Origin: Octopus sinensis
Lineage: Eukaryota
Direction of reading: 5' to 3'
Assembly (NCBI RefSeq): GCF_006345805.1
Contig: NC_042999.1
Location: 74,338,001 to 74,402,000 of the forward strand
DNA length: 64,000 nucleotides
Part shown: positions 1-11,420 of the stretch, piece after piece
Layout of the letters: each line of letters begins with the position of its first letter
How positions within the stretch are numbered: position 1 is the first letter of the stretch
The notes under the pieces: model-generated
What the model saw: only the letters and a program-made list of their open reading frames with translations
Databases searched by the model: none
What the model was told of the DNA's origin: nothing
Position numbers and translations under genes: made by a program

Positions 1-401
1 TATCCTTCCTTCGAAGCTTAATAATCTGCTGACGAATTGGTAACGGAGTAAGTGGCATTATATTAACAAGGTGCACTGCAAATATTCTTACTAATGTTTA
101 GTAAACGAACCGTCACGTAAACAAATTCAAAACATTAGAGTTCGACGGTTAAATATACTAAAACATGGAGTAAAAGCAACCGTTCTGATCATTTTGGCCG
201 CCATGGGTTTTGCAGTAAATCACTAAATCATCCATAACTTTTTTATTATCCTCTCAAATTACACCAAAATCTCAGACAATAACAAATAATATCGTATTTA
301 TTGTCTGTGAAAATTATAGAATATAAAACAACTTTGATAAAAAAATTTTATCTACTTTTCTGACGAAAACAATGCCGTTCTGAACATTTTGGCCGCAACT
401 G
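1..401. mobile_element. Terminal segment of a Tc1-like (IR/DR-type) DNA transposon
   Basis: Ends in ...TTTTGGCCGCAACTG followed by TA (402-403); the reverse complement CAGTTGCGGCCAAAA resembles the Tc1 end CAGTGCTGGCCAAAA. A 22-bp direct repeat CCGTTCTGA(T/A)CATTTTGGCCGC occurs at 180-201 and 375-396. Confidence 0.6.

Positions 402-450
<49 letters not shown>
402..450. repeat. (TA)n microsatellite
   Basis: Direct reading. Other (TA)n arrays flank the PLEs at about 590-613 and 3049-3074. Confidence 0.95.
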
Positions 451-453
<3 letters not shown>

Positions 454-645
454 ATATAATGGTTTCACTTTTATGTTGTTTCACTTCTATTCTCTCACCT
501 TTAATAGTTTCACTATGTATATATCTACATGTATGCAGGTATGCACACACACACATATATGCATATATATGTACGTACATAAGTATATCTTTGTATATAT
601 ATATATATATATATCTATACAATATGTTACATTACTCGGTAGTCA

Positions 646-708
646 AGATAAAACTCTGAGTTTCAGATGCCGAAGTGGAAATCCACAACACCATCTCTTC
701 GGTTATCT
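646..708 (-). ncRNA. Hammerhead-like ribozyme variant, PLE-A left arm
   Basis: Reverse complement of the 2888-2950 motif. Confidence 0.55.
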
Positions 709-1329
709 GGCTATTTGAAAACGTTATGAAAAAATACCGTTAAAAACGAAGGGAAATTACTCTGTTATAACTCTGCTTTGCCTGTGTACTTATACATCGC
801 TCGCATTTTTCGTCATAAAAATTATATAAAAATACATAAAAATATATAAAAATATATAAAAATATATAAAATCTTCTTGGGACATTACACAGAAAGCATG
901 TTCTATCCGTTTTCTTTAGGGGACCAAAAACGTAACAGAAATTTAGTCACATGTGGGCATGATCCGAAAAGCTCTGTCCTTGTATTTAGATATGTGGTAG
1001 GGTCTAAGCTGCTTTTCCAGATAAGCCATCTCTCCATGTCGCATAAACCGCACCTTCCGCTGCCGTTGGTATAGGGCTTACATCTGGCCAAAATCTTCCA
1101 TTGTATGTTATAATCGACACCTTTATCTCTTAAAGACCAAATATGATTGGATAATTGTGTCGCTTTTCTTTTGTTCCAGTGCCTAAAGCTCAAAGTGTGG
1201 TTATTGAACCTGGCCTTGAAATTACCCTCTGTCAGGCCCACGTATTTCTTCGTCGAAACGGTGTCTTTAGTTGTTATAGAGTTTACGGTAGCTTCATATA
1301 TGATGGTCTTGGACATGCAAGCTCCATTT

Positions 1330-2693
1330 GATTTTTATGCCTCTATCTCTAAAGAACTGCTAGATAAAGCCCTAATCTTCGCTAGTGACTTCATAGAAAT
1401 TAGTACCAATGATAAGGATATAATCTTCCATGCTAGAAAGACATTACTTTTCAGTGAGAATGCAAAGTGGGTAAAAAACACCGACACGGAGGGCGCTTTC
1501 GATGTGAGCATGGTTCATATGATGGGGCAGGCATCTGTGATCTAATTGGACTCTTTCTCCTAGATATCTTCGGTAAGACATTCCCTAACGTACATTTCGC
1601 CATCTACAAAGATGATGCCCTCGCCTTAACAGCTAATACAAATGGACCAGCACAAGATAGTTTTAGGAAGGATATTATCCAGTTAATGAAACACTTCGGA
1701 CTTAGTATAACTATAGACACTAACCTGACGGTTGTCAATTTCTTAGACGTTTCCTTAGATCTTAATAATAATATTTATAAGCCTTATAGGAAGCCCAATG
1801 ATAGACTAAGTTATATTAATGTAGGTTCATGCCATCCCCCTATAGTATTCAAAAATTTAGTTAAAAATATTAGTAAGAGGATTTCTAGCCTCTCATCTAA
1901 TGAGGACATCTTCAATAGCGTTGCCCCAGTTTATAATAAAGCTTTAAAAGATAGTGGTTTTAGCGAAAAAATAAAATATACACCTATCACCAGCCCAACA
2001 ATAAGGAAAAGGAATAATAGAAATAGGAAGGTCATCTGGTTTACGCCCCCTTACTCACCCGAGGTGGCCTTCAATATAGGTAAATATTTCCTAGCACTGA
2101 TAGATAGACATTTTCCAGTTAACCATGCTTATAGGAAACTCTTCAATAGACACAATTTAAAAATTAGTTTTAGTTTAACTACCAATTTTAAAAACATAAT
2201 CAATCATAACATACAAAAAACACAAGAAGAAAACAGCTGTTCATGCAGGAATAAAGAATTGTGCCCGCTAAATGGAGCTTGCATGTCCAAGACCATCATA
2301 TATGAAGCTACCGTAAACTCTATAACAACTAAAGACACCGTTTCGACGAAGAAATACGTGGGCCTGACAGAGGGTAATTTCAAGGCCAGGTTCAATAACC
2401 ACACTTTGAGCTTTAGGCACTGGAACAAAAGAAAAGCGACACAATTATCCACAAATTGGTCTTTAAGAGATAAAGGTGTCGATTATAACATACAATGGAA
2501 GATTTTGGCCAGATGTAAGCCCTATACCAACGGCAGCGGAAGGTGCGGTTTATGCGACATGGAGAGATGGCTTATCTGGAAAAGCAGCTTAGACCCTACC
2601 ACATGTCTAAATACAAGGACAGAGCTTTTCGGATCATGCCCACATGTGACTAAATTTCTGTTACGTTTTTGGTCCCCTAAAGAAAACGGATAG
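1330..2693 (+). pseudogene. PLE-A RT (motifs DFYASIS, GSYDGA, YKDD, VNFLDV) plus C-terminal GIY-YIG endonuclease; 5'-truncated with one frameshift near 1513
   Basis: ORF 1147-1545 (FDFYASISKELL...FDVSM) joins ORF 1467-2693 (GSYDGAGICDLIG...IIYEATV...YVGLTEG...CGLC) through a 1-nt deletion. Confidence 0.9.
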
Positions 2694-2887
2694 AACATGC
2701 TTTCTGTGTAATGTCCCAAGAAGATTTTATATATTTTTATATATTTTTATATATTTTTATGTATTTTTATATAATTTTTATGACGAAAAATGCGAGCGAT
2801 GTATAAGTACACAGGCAAAGCAGAGTTATAACAGAGTAATTTCCCTTCGTTTTTAACGGTATTTTTTCATAACGTTTTCAAATAGCC

Positions 2888-2950
2888 AGATAACCGAAGA
2901 GATGGTGTTGTGGATTTCCACTTCGGCATCTGAAACTCAGAGTTTTATCT
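2888..2950 (+). ncRNA. Hammerhead-like ribozyme variant (type I), PLE-A right arm
   Basis: AGATAA-CCGAAGA-[GATG...CATC hairpin]-T-GAAA-CTC-A-GAGT-T-TTATCT. Stem I is AGATAA/TTATCT, stem III is the palindrome ACTC-A-GAGT, the core has U4C and the cleavage triplet is GUU. Confidence 0.55.
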
Positions 2951-3108
2951 TGACTACCGAGTAATGTAACATATTGTATAGATAAATTTCCTCTATTTAC
3001 ATAATATTGAGGTCTCTTTCTTTCTTTTGTTATCTTACCGTTTTATCAATATATATATATATATATATATATATACTTTATTTTAAGCAGCAGAAAATTC
3101 AACAAAAT

Positions 3109-3146
3109 CTGTTACTCTGAGTTTCTCGTTGCCGTTCATCAGACAG
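3109..3146 (-). ncRNA. Minimal type-I hammerhead ribozyme, PLE-B copy 1
   Basis: Minus strand reads CTGT-CTGATGA-A-CG-GCAA-CG-A-GAAA-CTC-A-GAGT-A-ACAG: canonical core, GUA triplet, stem I CTGT/ACAG extended by AAAA/TTTT. Confidence 0.8.
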
Positions 3147-4157
3147 TTTTTGCTAGAATGGAACTTATATATTAATTCAATCTATACTCTTACAAACGCT
3201 ACACCTTTAAAAAGAAATGGACTTGTTTGATTGGCCCTTTAGAAAAAACGGTCAATCTTCGAGCGATAAACAAAAAGGTCAAAAATATATGTATATATAT
3301 ATAAAAAAACTTATAAAAATTATAAAATCCGAGGAAAAAACCGAGGAAAAAACCTATTGCCGTTAATGAAGACAGTACAAATTAATGCATAGAAATTAAA
3401 CCTGTTATAAATACTGCAATACATATTTATATTAAAATCCACATATATATATCAACATACACAAAAGGATGCGCGTAAACGCCATACATACATATACAGA
3501 CGTATGAATATGAATCTAAATTATACACATAAAAGCATGTGTACATATATTCATGCAAACCGTCTCGCACGCAAGCTAAAATTCATCTATGTAGCAATTC
3601 TCATATACTGAGCAAGGAGGGGGAACGAAAGAAAGGGAAAGAGAGAAAAAGGAACGAAGGAGGGGGTGGGGAAAAAACTTGTAGCTATGTTATTGGCATC
3701 TATAGAGGCCAGTATACATACACAAGTTTGAATTGATACATATACATACCGTCGTGTGTATGCGTACTTAAGCACAAGCATACTTTCACTTACACATACA
3801 CAGATACGCATGCTTACAAATACATATGCTTTGCTATACACAAACTTATATAAACATTCTAAATTTGACAACATTGCATTTTTTTTAAAAAAACATTGCT
3901 TTTAAAAAATGGGTGCATTAATAAAATATATACGAAAGACATATAAAATAAAATATAACATCCTATTTTGGGTCATTTATAAATAATCAAGGTAATATAA
4001 ATAATCAAGGTAATCCTATGCAATACAATAACATGAAAACAAAGTTTGTAGGTTTTTCCTAATATATATGTAGAAACAATAAGACTTTGCTATAGGTCCG
4101 TCGTAGCGCTCGAGAGTCAAAATCAAAAATCAAAAATCAAAATACAAAATATATACT

Positions 4158-6292
4158 CTATCCATATGGTATATTTATATTCGACATTTTAAATTTAGCC
4201 GCGTGCCTACATAAGTTCATTAACTCACTTCTTTGATTCAAAGAATTATTGTCTTTGAATAATATGTGCATTTTCTCTAATAAGCAAAGCCTGCACTTGA
4301 AATTATATTTGTAAGCTCCATGCCTGTATGGTGCCGCCCTGTCCAGAATGCTCCATGTCACGTTGAAAGGTGGGGCTTCCTTTTCTTTTAGTTCCCAGAC
4401 ATATTTTGCTAGGCTGGTTTTTTCCTATTCTCTGGGTATTTAAAAGAATTCTTATGAGAATAAAATCTTGTTTTAAATGAATTTTCTGAAGCCCCTGTGT
4501 ATGTCTTGTATTCCGATGAGCCTTCCACTTGCACCTTGGCTCTATAAACTACTCCTTTCACTAGACATTTTCCTTCTAACGGACAGGAGCTTTCGTGTTT
4601 GAAATTACATTTCTTAATGGGCTCGGCACCATGTCTAATCTCAATTAGCTTCCTATTATGTTGGCTAATGTAAGGGGCGAAGTTTCTGCAACAAGAATAG
4701 CTAACCTTCAGGGTTCTTCTATTAAATATTCTGTAGAATTTATGACCCTGCTTAAAATGCTTAGAGACTAATCTCAAAAATTCCTTACCTATATTAGTCT
4801 TTACGGCCAAATTGAAAGCCGGGTTGAACCACAAAACTTTCCTGGTCCTAGTTCTTCGTGCAGCATTATTATTAGCATTAAGCTGGTTGAACTGGATCTT
4901 CTCCGAGAATCCACTATTCTTTAATGCGCTATCGTAATAAGGTGCAGCATTATGGAATGCTGCCTCGTCCGAAGAAATTGAAGATATTCTTCTACCTACA
5001 TTGCTGACTAAGTTGCTAAGGATAACTGGTGGATGGTTCGAATCTTTGCTAATATACGATAGCTTTTCATTGGGCTTACGGAAAGGTTTAAATCTATCCG
5101 ATCTTACATTAAAATTTACGTCTAAAAAATCTACACTATTCAGGTTAGTATCTATCGTAATCCGTAAGCCCATCCTTTGAAAGAAAGCTATAAGGTCCTT
5201 CCTAAGTCTATCTGATTCATGGCCGTTTAGATTATGCGTGGCTATAAGGCCGTCATCCCTATATAGACCTGCATCTATAAATGGGAATTCTATTTTTAGA
5301 TTATGGAGAATAAAGGCTCCTATGAGCATACATAATTCAGCCCCGTCGTATGCCCCCATCGGTACATCGAAAAGAGAATCCTCAGTCTTCTTAATCCAGG
5401 TGGAATCCTCGAAAAACAGAAGCGATTTCCTCGCATGCATAATAATTTCAATTTCCGAGCTATCGATGTTGACATACTGCTTGGCGAAGTCCAATGCCCT
5501 TAGGAGCAACGTCCTAGATATCGACGGGTAAAAGTCAATAATGTCGAATTGTGTGAAACTACAATTATTCTTATAGCTAATACCTTTAAACCACTCTATA
5601 ACTGACTTACTATTCTTCCAAATTCTCAAGTCTACTTCACTATCTAACTTAACTAAAATACGGTCTAAAATATTTTTGCTAATAATTCCTATCTCAGTTT
5701 TAGCCGGATTTATCAATCTACATTTGGGGTTTCTACTAAAATTGTCTTTATGGTCTTTCAGAGTAATAAAAGCTGGTCGTGGTGAAAGGTATTCAATCCT
5801 ATCGCTAATCTTAAGATCGTTAGCTATTCCTCTTGCTTCTAAGTTCACCTCTTTGTATATATTCGTGTTGTCTTTTTTGTATGTGTCCGTGACACTATTC
5901 GAAATCAGGCGTTTATAAACGTCCTTATCAAGTGCATATAAGTTCCTTGTCTTGTCAGAATTAACGAAGATCTTATTCGAGTCGTTAATCTCCTTAATTT
6001 TTTCTCTCATGTTTTTTTGCAATTGGTTGGTAATTTTGCGGAATTTAATTTTCCTAATAAGCTCGAAAAGGTCTTTCTCGAAGGCTTCTAATTCCGGAAT
6101 CGGTGGCGGGTTTCTGGGAGATTTAAATCCATATTTGTTACCTTCTATTTTCTGTTTATTATCAAAGAAGAAGGCTTTCCATCTCAGTCTTCTAATAAAC
6201 TCTTCCGTTTTCTCTATAAGACCTTTAATATATTGTTTCCGTGCAGGGATAGGTATATTTTTCTGAGAAAAATCCAGCGGGTAAAGTTCCAT
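4158..6292 (-). CDS. PLE-B polyprotein (RT plus GIY-YIG endonuclease) with a single frameshift near 4422
   Basis: ORFs 4409-6292 and 4158-4361. Motifs RWKAFFF, SDKT, FDIIDFYPSI, GAYDGAELC, YRDDGL, VVYRAKV..YTGASE, CRLC. Copy 2 has an extra C at the break point and reads through. Confidence 0.9.
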
Positions 6293-6430
6293 CTTTTTCA
6301 GCTGTTTGTTCTTCCTACTTGTGCAGAGTCGCTCAAACTTTTACAAGGAGCGGGTTAGACCGGAGTAAACACATAAATGTGAAACAAGATGGAAAAAAGA
6401 GTACTCAAATACCAGTGGTAGAGTAATATG

Positions 6431-9025
6431 CTTTATTTTAAGCAGCAGAAAATTCAACAAAATCTGTTACTCTGAGTTTCTCGTTGCCGTTCATCAGACA
6501 GTTTTTGCTAGAATGGAACTTATATATTAATTCAATCTATACTCTTACAAACGCTACACCTTTAAAAACAAATGGACTTGTTTGATTGGCCCTTTAGAAA
6601 AAACGGTCAATCTTCGAGCGATAAACAAAAAGGTCAAAAATATATGTATATATATATAAAAAAACTTTTAAAAATTATAAAATCCGAGGAAAAAACCGAG
6701 GAAAAAACCTATTGCCGTTAATGAAGACAGTACAAATTAATGCATAGAAATTAAACCTGTTATAAATACTGCAATACATATTTATATTAAAATCCACATA
6801 TATATATCAACATACACAAAAGGATGCGCGTAAACGCCATACATACATATACAGACGTATGAATATGAATCTAAATTATACACATAAAAGCATGTGTACA
6901 TATATTCACGCAAACCGTCTCGCACGCAAGCTAAAATTCATCTATGTAGCAATTCTCATATACTGAGCAAGGAGGGGGAACGAAAGAAAGGGAAAGAGAG
7001 AAAAAGGAACGAAGGAGGGGTGGGGAAAAACTTGTAGCTATGTTATTGGCATCTATAGAGGCCAGTATACATACACAAGTTTGAATTGATACATATACAT
7101 ACCGTCGTGTGTATGCGTGCTTAAGCACAAGCATACTTTCACTTACACATACACAGATACGCATGCTTACAAATACATATGCTTTGCTATACACAAACTT
7201 ATATAAACATTCTAAATTTGACAACATTGCATTTTTTTAAAAAAAACATTGCTTTTAAAAAATGGGTGCATTAATAAAATATATACGAAAGACATATAAA
7301 ATAAAATATAACATCCTATTTTGGGTCATTTATAAATAATCAAGGTAATATAAATAATCAAGGTAATCCTATGCAATACAATAACATGAAAACAAAGTTT
7401 GTAGGTTTTCCCTAATATATATGTAGAAACAATAAGACTTTGCTATAGGTCCGTCGTAGCGCTCGAGAGTCAAAATCAAAATCAAAAATCAAAATACAAA
7501 ATATATACTCTATCCATATGGTATATTTATATTCGACATTTTAAATTTAGCCGCGTGCCTACATAAGTTCATTAACTCACTTCTTTGATTCAAAGAATTA
7601 TTGTCTTTGAATAATATGTGCATTTTCTCTAATAAGCAAAGCCTGCACTTGAAATTATATTTGTAAGCTCCATGCCTGTATGGTGCCGCCCTGTCCAGAA
7701 TGCTCCATGTCACGTTGAAAGGTGGGGCTTCCTTTTCTTTTAGTTCCCAGAAATATTTTGCTAGGCTGGTTTTCTTCCTATTCTCTGGGTATTTAAAAGA
7801 ATTCTTATGAGAATAAAATCTTGTTTTAAATGAATTTTCTGAAGCCCCTGTGTATGTCTTGTATTCCGATGAGCCTTCCACTTGCACCTTGGCTCTATAA
7901 ACTACTCCTTTCACTAGACATTTTCCTTCTAACGGACAGGAGCTTTCGTTTTTGAAATTACATTTCTTAATGGGCTCGGCACCATGTCTAATCTCAATTA
8001 GCTTCCTATTATGTTGGCTAATGTAAGAGGCGAAGTTTCTGCAACAAGAATAGCTAACCTTCAGGGTTCTTCTATTAAATATTCTGTAGAATTTATGACC
8101 CTGCTTAAAATGCTTAGAGACTAATCTCAAAAATTCCTTACCTATATTAGTCTTTACGGCCAAATTGAAAGCCGGGTTGAACCACAAAACTTTCCTGGTC
8201 CTAGTTCTTTGTGCAGCATTATTATTAGCATTAAGCTGGTTGAACTGGATCTTCTCCGAGAATCCACTATTCTTTAATGCGCTATCGTAATAAGGTGCAG
8301 CATTATGGAATGCTGCCTCGTCCGAAGAAATTGAAGATATTCTTCTACCTACATTGCTGACTAAGTTGCTAAGGATAACTGGTGGATGGTTCGAATCTTT
8401 GCTAATATACGATAGCTTTTCATTGGGCTTACGGAAAGGTTTAAATCTATCCGATCTTACATTAAAATTTACGTCTAAAAAATCTACACTATTCAGGTTA
8501 GTATCTATCGTAATCCGTAAGCCCATCCTTTGAAAGAAAGCTATAAGGTCCTTCCTAAGTCTATCTGATTCATGGCCGTTTAGATTATGCGTGGCTATAA
8601 GGCCGTCATCCCTATATAGACCTGCATCTATAAATGGGAATTCTATTTTTAGATTATGGAGAATAAAGGCTCCTATGAGCATACATAATTCAGCCCCGTC
8701 GTATGCCCCCATCGGTACATCGAAAAGAGAATCCTCAGTCTTCTTAATCCAGGTGGAATCCTCGAAAAACAGAAGCGATTTCCTCGCATGCATAATAATT
8801 TCAATTTCCGAGCTATCGATGTTGACATACTGCTTGGCGAAGTCCAATGCCCTTAGGAGCAACGTCCTAGATATCGACGGGTAAAAGTCAATAATGTCGA
8901 ATTGTGTGAAACTACAATTATTCTTATAGCTAATACCTTTAAACCACTCTATAACTGACTTACTATTCTTCCAAATTCTCAAGTCTACTTCACTATCTAA
9001 CTTAACTAAAATACGGTCTAAAATA

Positions 9026-9026
<1 letters not shown>
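6431..9026 (-). mobile_element. PLE-B copy 2, 5'-truncated, acting as the upstream pseudo-LTR of copy 1
   Basis: Near-identical to 3076-5670. ORF 7510-9026 is open through the endonuclease. Truncated at a (TA)n array. Confidence 0.93.
6464..6501 (-). ncRNA. Minimal type-I hammerhead ribozyme, PLE-B copy 2
   Basis: Identical to 3109-3146, 3,355 bp away, and about 170 nt upstream of the ATG at 6292. Confidence 0.8.
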
Positions 9027-9175
<149 letters not shown>

Positions 9176-9196
9176 ATATATGTGTCTATATATGTT

Positions 9197-9606
9197 TTCT
9201 TTTATTCTTTTATTTGTTTTAGTCATTTGACTACGGCCATGCTGGAGCACCGCCTTTAGTCGAGCAAATCGACCCCAGTACTTATTTTCTGTAAGCCTAG
9301 TATTTATTCTATCGGTCTGTTTTGCCGAAACGCTAAGTTACCGGGTATGTAAATACACCAGCATAGGTTGTCAAGCGATGTTGGACGGACAAACATACAC
9401 ACACACACACACATACACACACATACACACACACACATATATATGACGGGCTTATTTCAGTTTCCGTCGACCAAATCCATTCACAATTCTTTGGTCGGCC
9501 CGAGACTGTAGTAGAAGACACTTGCCCAAAGTGCCACGCAATGGGTCTGAACCTGGAACCATGTGGTTGGTAAGCAAGCTACGTACCATACAGCCACTCC
9601 TGCGCC
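9197..9606 (-). mobile_element. tRNA-derived SINE with an internal (TG)n tract
   Basis: Minus-strand head GGCGCAGGAGTGGCTGTATGG (A box) ...GGTTCAGACCC (B box) ...TTGGGCAAGTGTCTTC. Homologous to 26303-26725. Confidence 0.85.
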
Positions 9607-9636
9607 TATGTGTGTGTGTGTGTGCGTGCGCGCGTG

Positions 9637-9870
9637 TACTATAGCCTCAGGCCGACCAATGCCTTGTGAATGGATTTTGTACATCGAAACTGAAAGAAGG
9701 CTGTCGTATATATGTGTATATTTGTGCTTTTGTGTGTGCTTGCGTTTTCACGCCCACAATCACTTGACAACTGAATAAGAACTAGGCTTACAAAGCATAA
9801 ATCCTGGGGACGAAAGTCGGTGCTCCATCATCGCTAAAGTCACACGACTGAAACCTGTAAAACAGTAACA
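9637..9870 (+). mobile_element. Headless fragment of the same SINE family
   Basis: TACTATAGCCTCAGGCCGACCAA...GAAACTGAAAGAAG...GGTGCTCCA...GACTGAAAC matches the body and tail of the other copies. Confidence 0.7.
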
Positions 9871-9914
9871 AACTATGTCGCTTTAATCCCAAACAACGCC
9901 GGGTATCTTTGCTA

Positions 9915-9958
<44 letters not shown>

Positions 9959-9967
9959 TATATATAT

Positions 9968-10897
9968 AAATTATATATAAAATACAAAATGGGACAAGAA
10001 TGCAAAACACTCAAAGAGACGACACAAAAAACGGACGGGTCATTCGAAGCCGCTAATCTTCAGTCAAGAACCGGATCATCCTCGCAATTTCGGCTGATTA
10101 ATCTTGAGATCGCTCCGATCCGGCCAGCCCCAAGGAAAAACTAAGCTACGAGCATTAGATTTCTTGGAAAAAGGATCGAATATATATGAAACAAGGACAG
10201 AAAAACGGACGATGCCACACGACTATAAATACAAAAAACAATTATAGTAATAACAGGACAAAAACAGCGGGTATCTTACGACTTTAGACAGTTCAACTTA
10301 GCTTAGCTAGCGTATTTGGAAAAAAATGCCTTTGCGGCAGACAAAGAAAACGATGTTGTCGTGGCGGAGGTCAGAAGCCGAAAGGCTAGTTGACCGGCGG
10401 TCATATGAGAGGAGAAGAGAGAGAGAAAAAGGGGGCAAAGGAATCAAAGAGAGAGAGAAAAAGAAGGACAAAGGCACCAAAGGGGGGGAGAAAGAATGAA
10501 TTAAAGAGAGGAGAAGAAAGAGAGCGTGCCAAGGATTGGCTTGGCGACAGAATCAGTGAGGTGCAAAATGAGAAAGACAGAGAAATGTGAGAGAGTGGGG
10601 GAAGAGGAGACCAAAGAATCAGAGGCAAGAAAAGAGAAAGACAGAGACTAGTGAAGTATAGAGAAAGTTTGTGTAGAAGTCGTACAATAGTGGAATGCTT
10701 ACATACATAAGAGAACAAGATGTACGTTACGCCGCAATAATATATGTATAAAAATTATATATAAAACTACAAAATGGGACAAGAATGCAAAACACTCAAA
10801 GAGACGACACAAAAAACGGACGAGTCATTCGAAGCCACTAATCTTCAGTCAAGAACCGGATCATCCTCGCAATTTCGGCTGATTAATCTTGAGATCG

Positions 10898-10899
<2 letters not shown>
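9968..10899. mobile_element. Non-coding element with roughly 147-bp direct terminal repeats (pseudo-LTR-like), inserted in (TA)n
   Basis: 9968-10114 is repeated at 10752-10899 with few substitutions; (TA)n on both sides; no credible ORF. Confidence 0.6.
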
Positions 10900-10950
<51 letters not shown>

Positions 10951-10951
10951 C

Positions 10952-11050
<99 letters not shown>

Positions 11051-11086
11051 TGTATGTATGTATGTATGTATGTATGTATGTATGTA
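10899..11086. repeat. Compound (TA)n/(TATG)n microsatellite
   Basis: Direct reading. Confidence 0.95.
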
Positions 11087-11285
11087 TTCACGTTAATTTA
11101 GAGGAATATATTACCCAGGCGGACACCGTAGTAGCTCTCAGTTATGTTCCAGGTTACAACTAACCGCATTGATTAGTATTTAACATTTTAACACTAATGA
11201 CTACTAGGAGTTGTCACTCATACTGTGAATCCCTCCAATGGGTAATTCCACGTTAGCTTCACTGGATAGTCATATTATCTGAGTC

Positions 11286-11420
11286 TATGTGCCGTTGCCC
11301 GTGTCCATTCTCTTCTTGACGTTATAAACTGTGCGTAAGGATACTCCAACTAAACTTGAGATCTTCTGCAGATTGATTTGTACACTGATCAAATCACATG
11401 GTTTTTGGCGTTTGTCTTCC
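11286..11420 (-). pseudogene. N-terminal HTH fragment of a Tc1/mariner-superfamily (maT-like) transposase
   Basis: Minus-strand translation EDKRQKPCDLISVQINLQKISSLVGVSLRTVYNVKKRMDTG*; similarity recalled, not searched. Confidence 0.45.

Larger units (their letters stand above)
612..3048 (+). mobile_element. Penelope-like element family A, 5'-truncated, with an inverted copy of its 3' end
   Basis: 612-1329 is the reverse complement of 2270-2984 (near-identical, 3-nt indel). The internal plus-strand region encodes PLE RT followed by a GIY-YIG endonuclease. Flanked by (TA)n. Confidence 0.92.
3076..6430 (-). mobile_element. Penelope-like element family B, full-length 3,355-bp unit
   Basis: 5' UTR, a roughly 711-codon RT plus GIY-YIG ORF and a roughly 1.1-kb 3' UTR; tandem with copy 2, which starts at 6431. 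Confidence 0.93.

Noticed and set aside
9540-9606. tRNA gene
   Set aside because: Only A/B-box similarity with no cloverleaf; this is a SINE head, as are 26303 and 51960.
10036-10075. CTGAAGA on the minus strand of the 785-bp repeat as a hammerhead
   Set aside because: It is followed by GAAT rather than GAAA, and no stem I or stem II could be built in type I, II or III topology.
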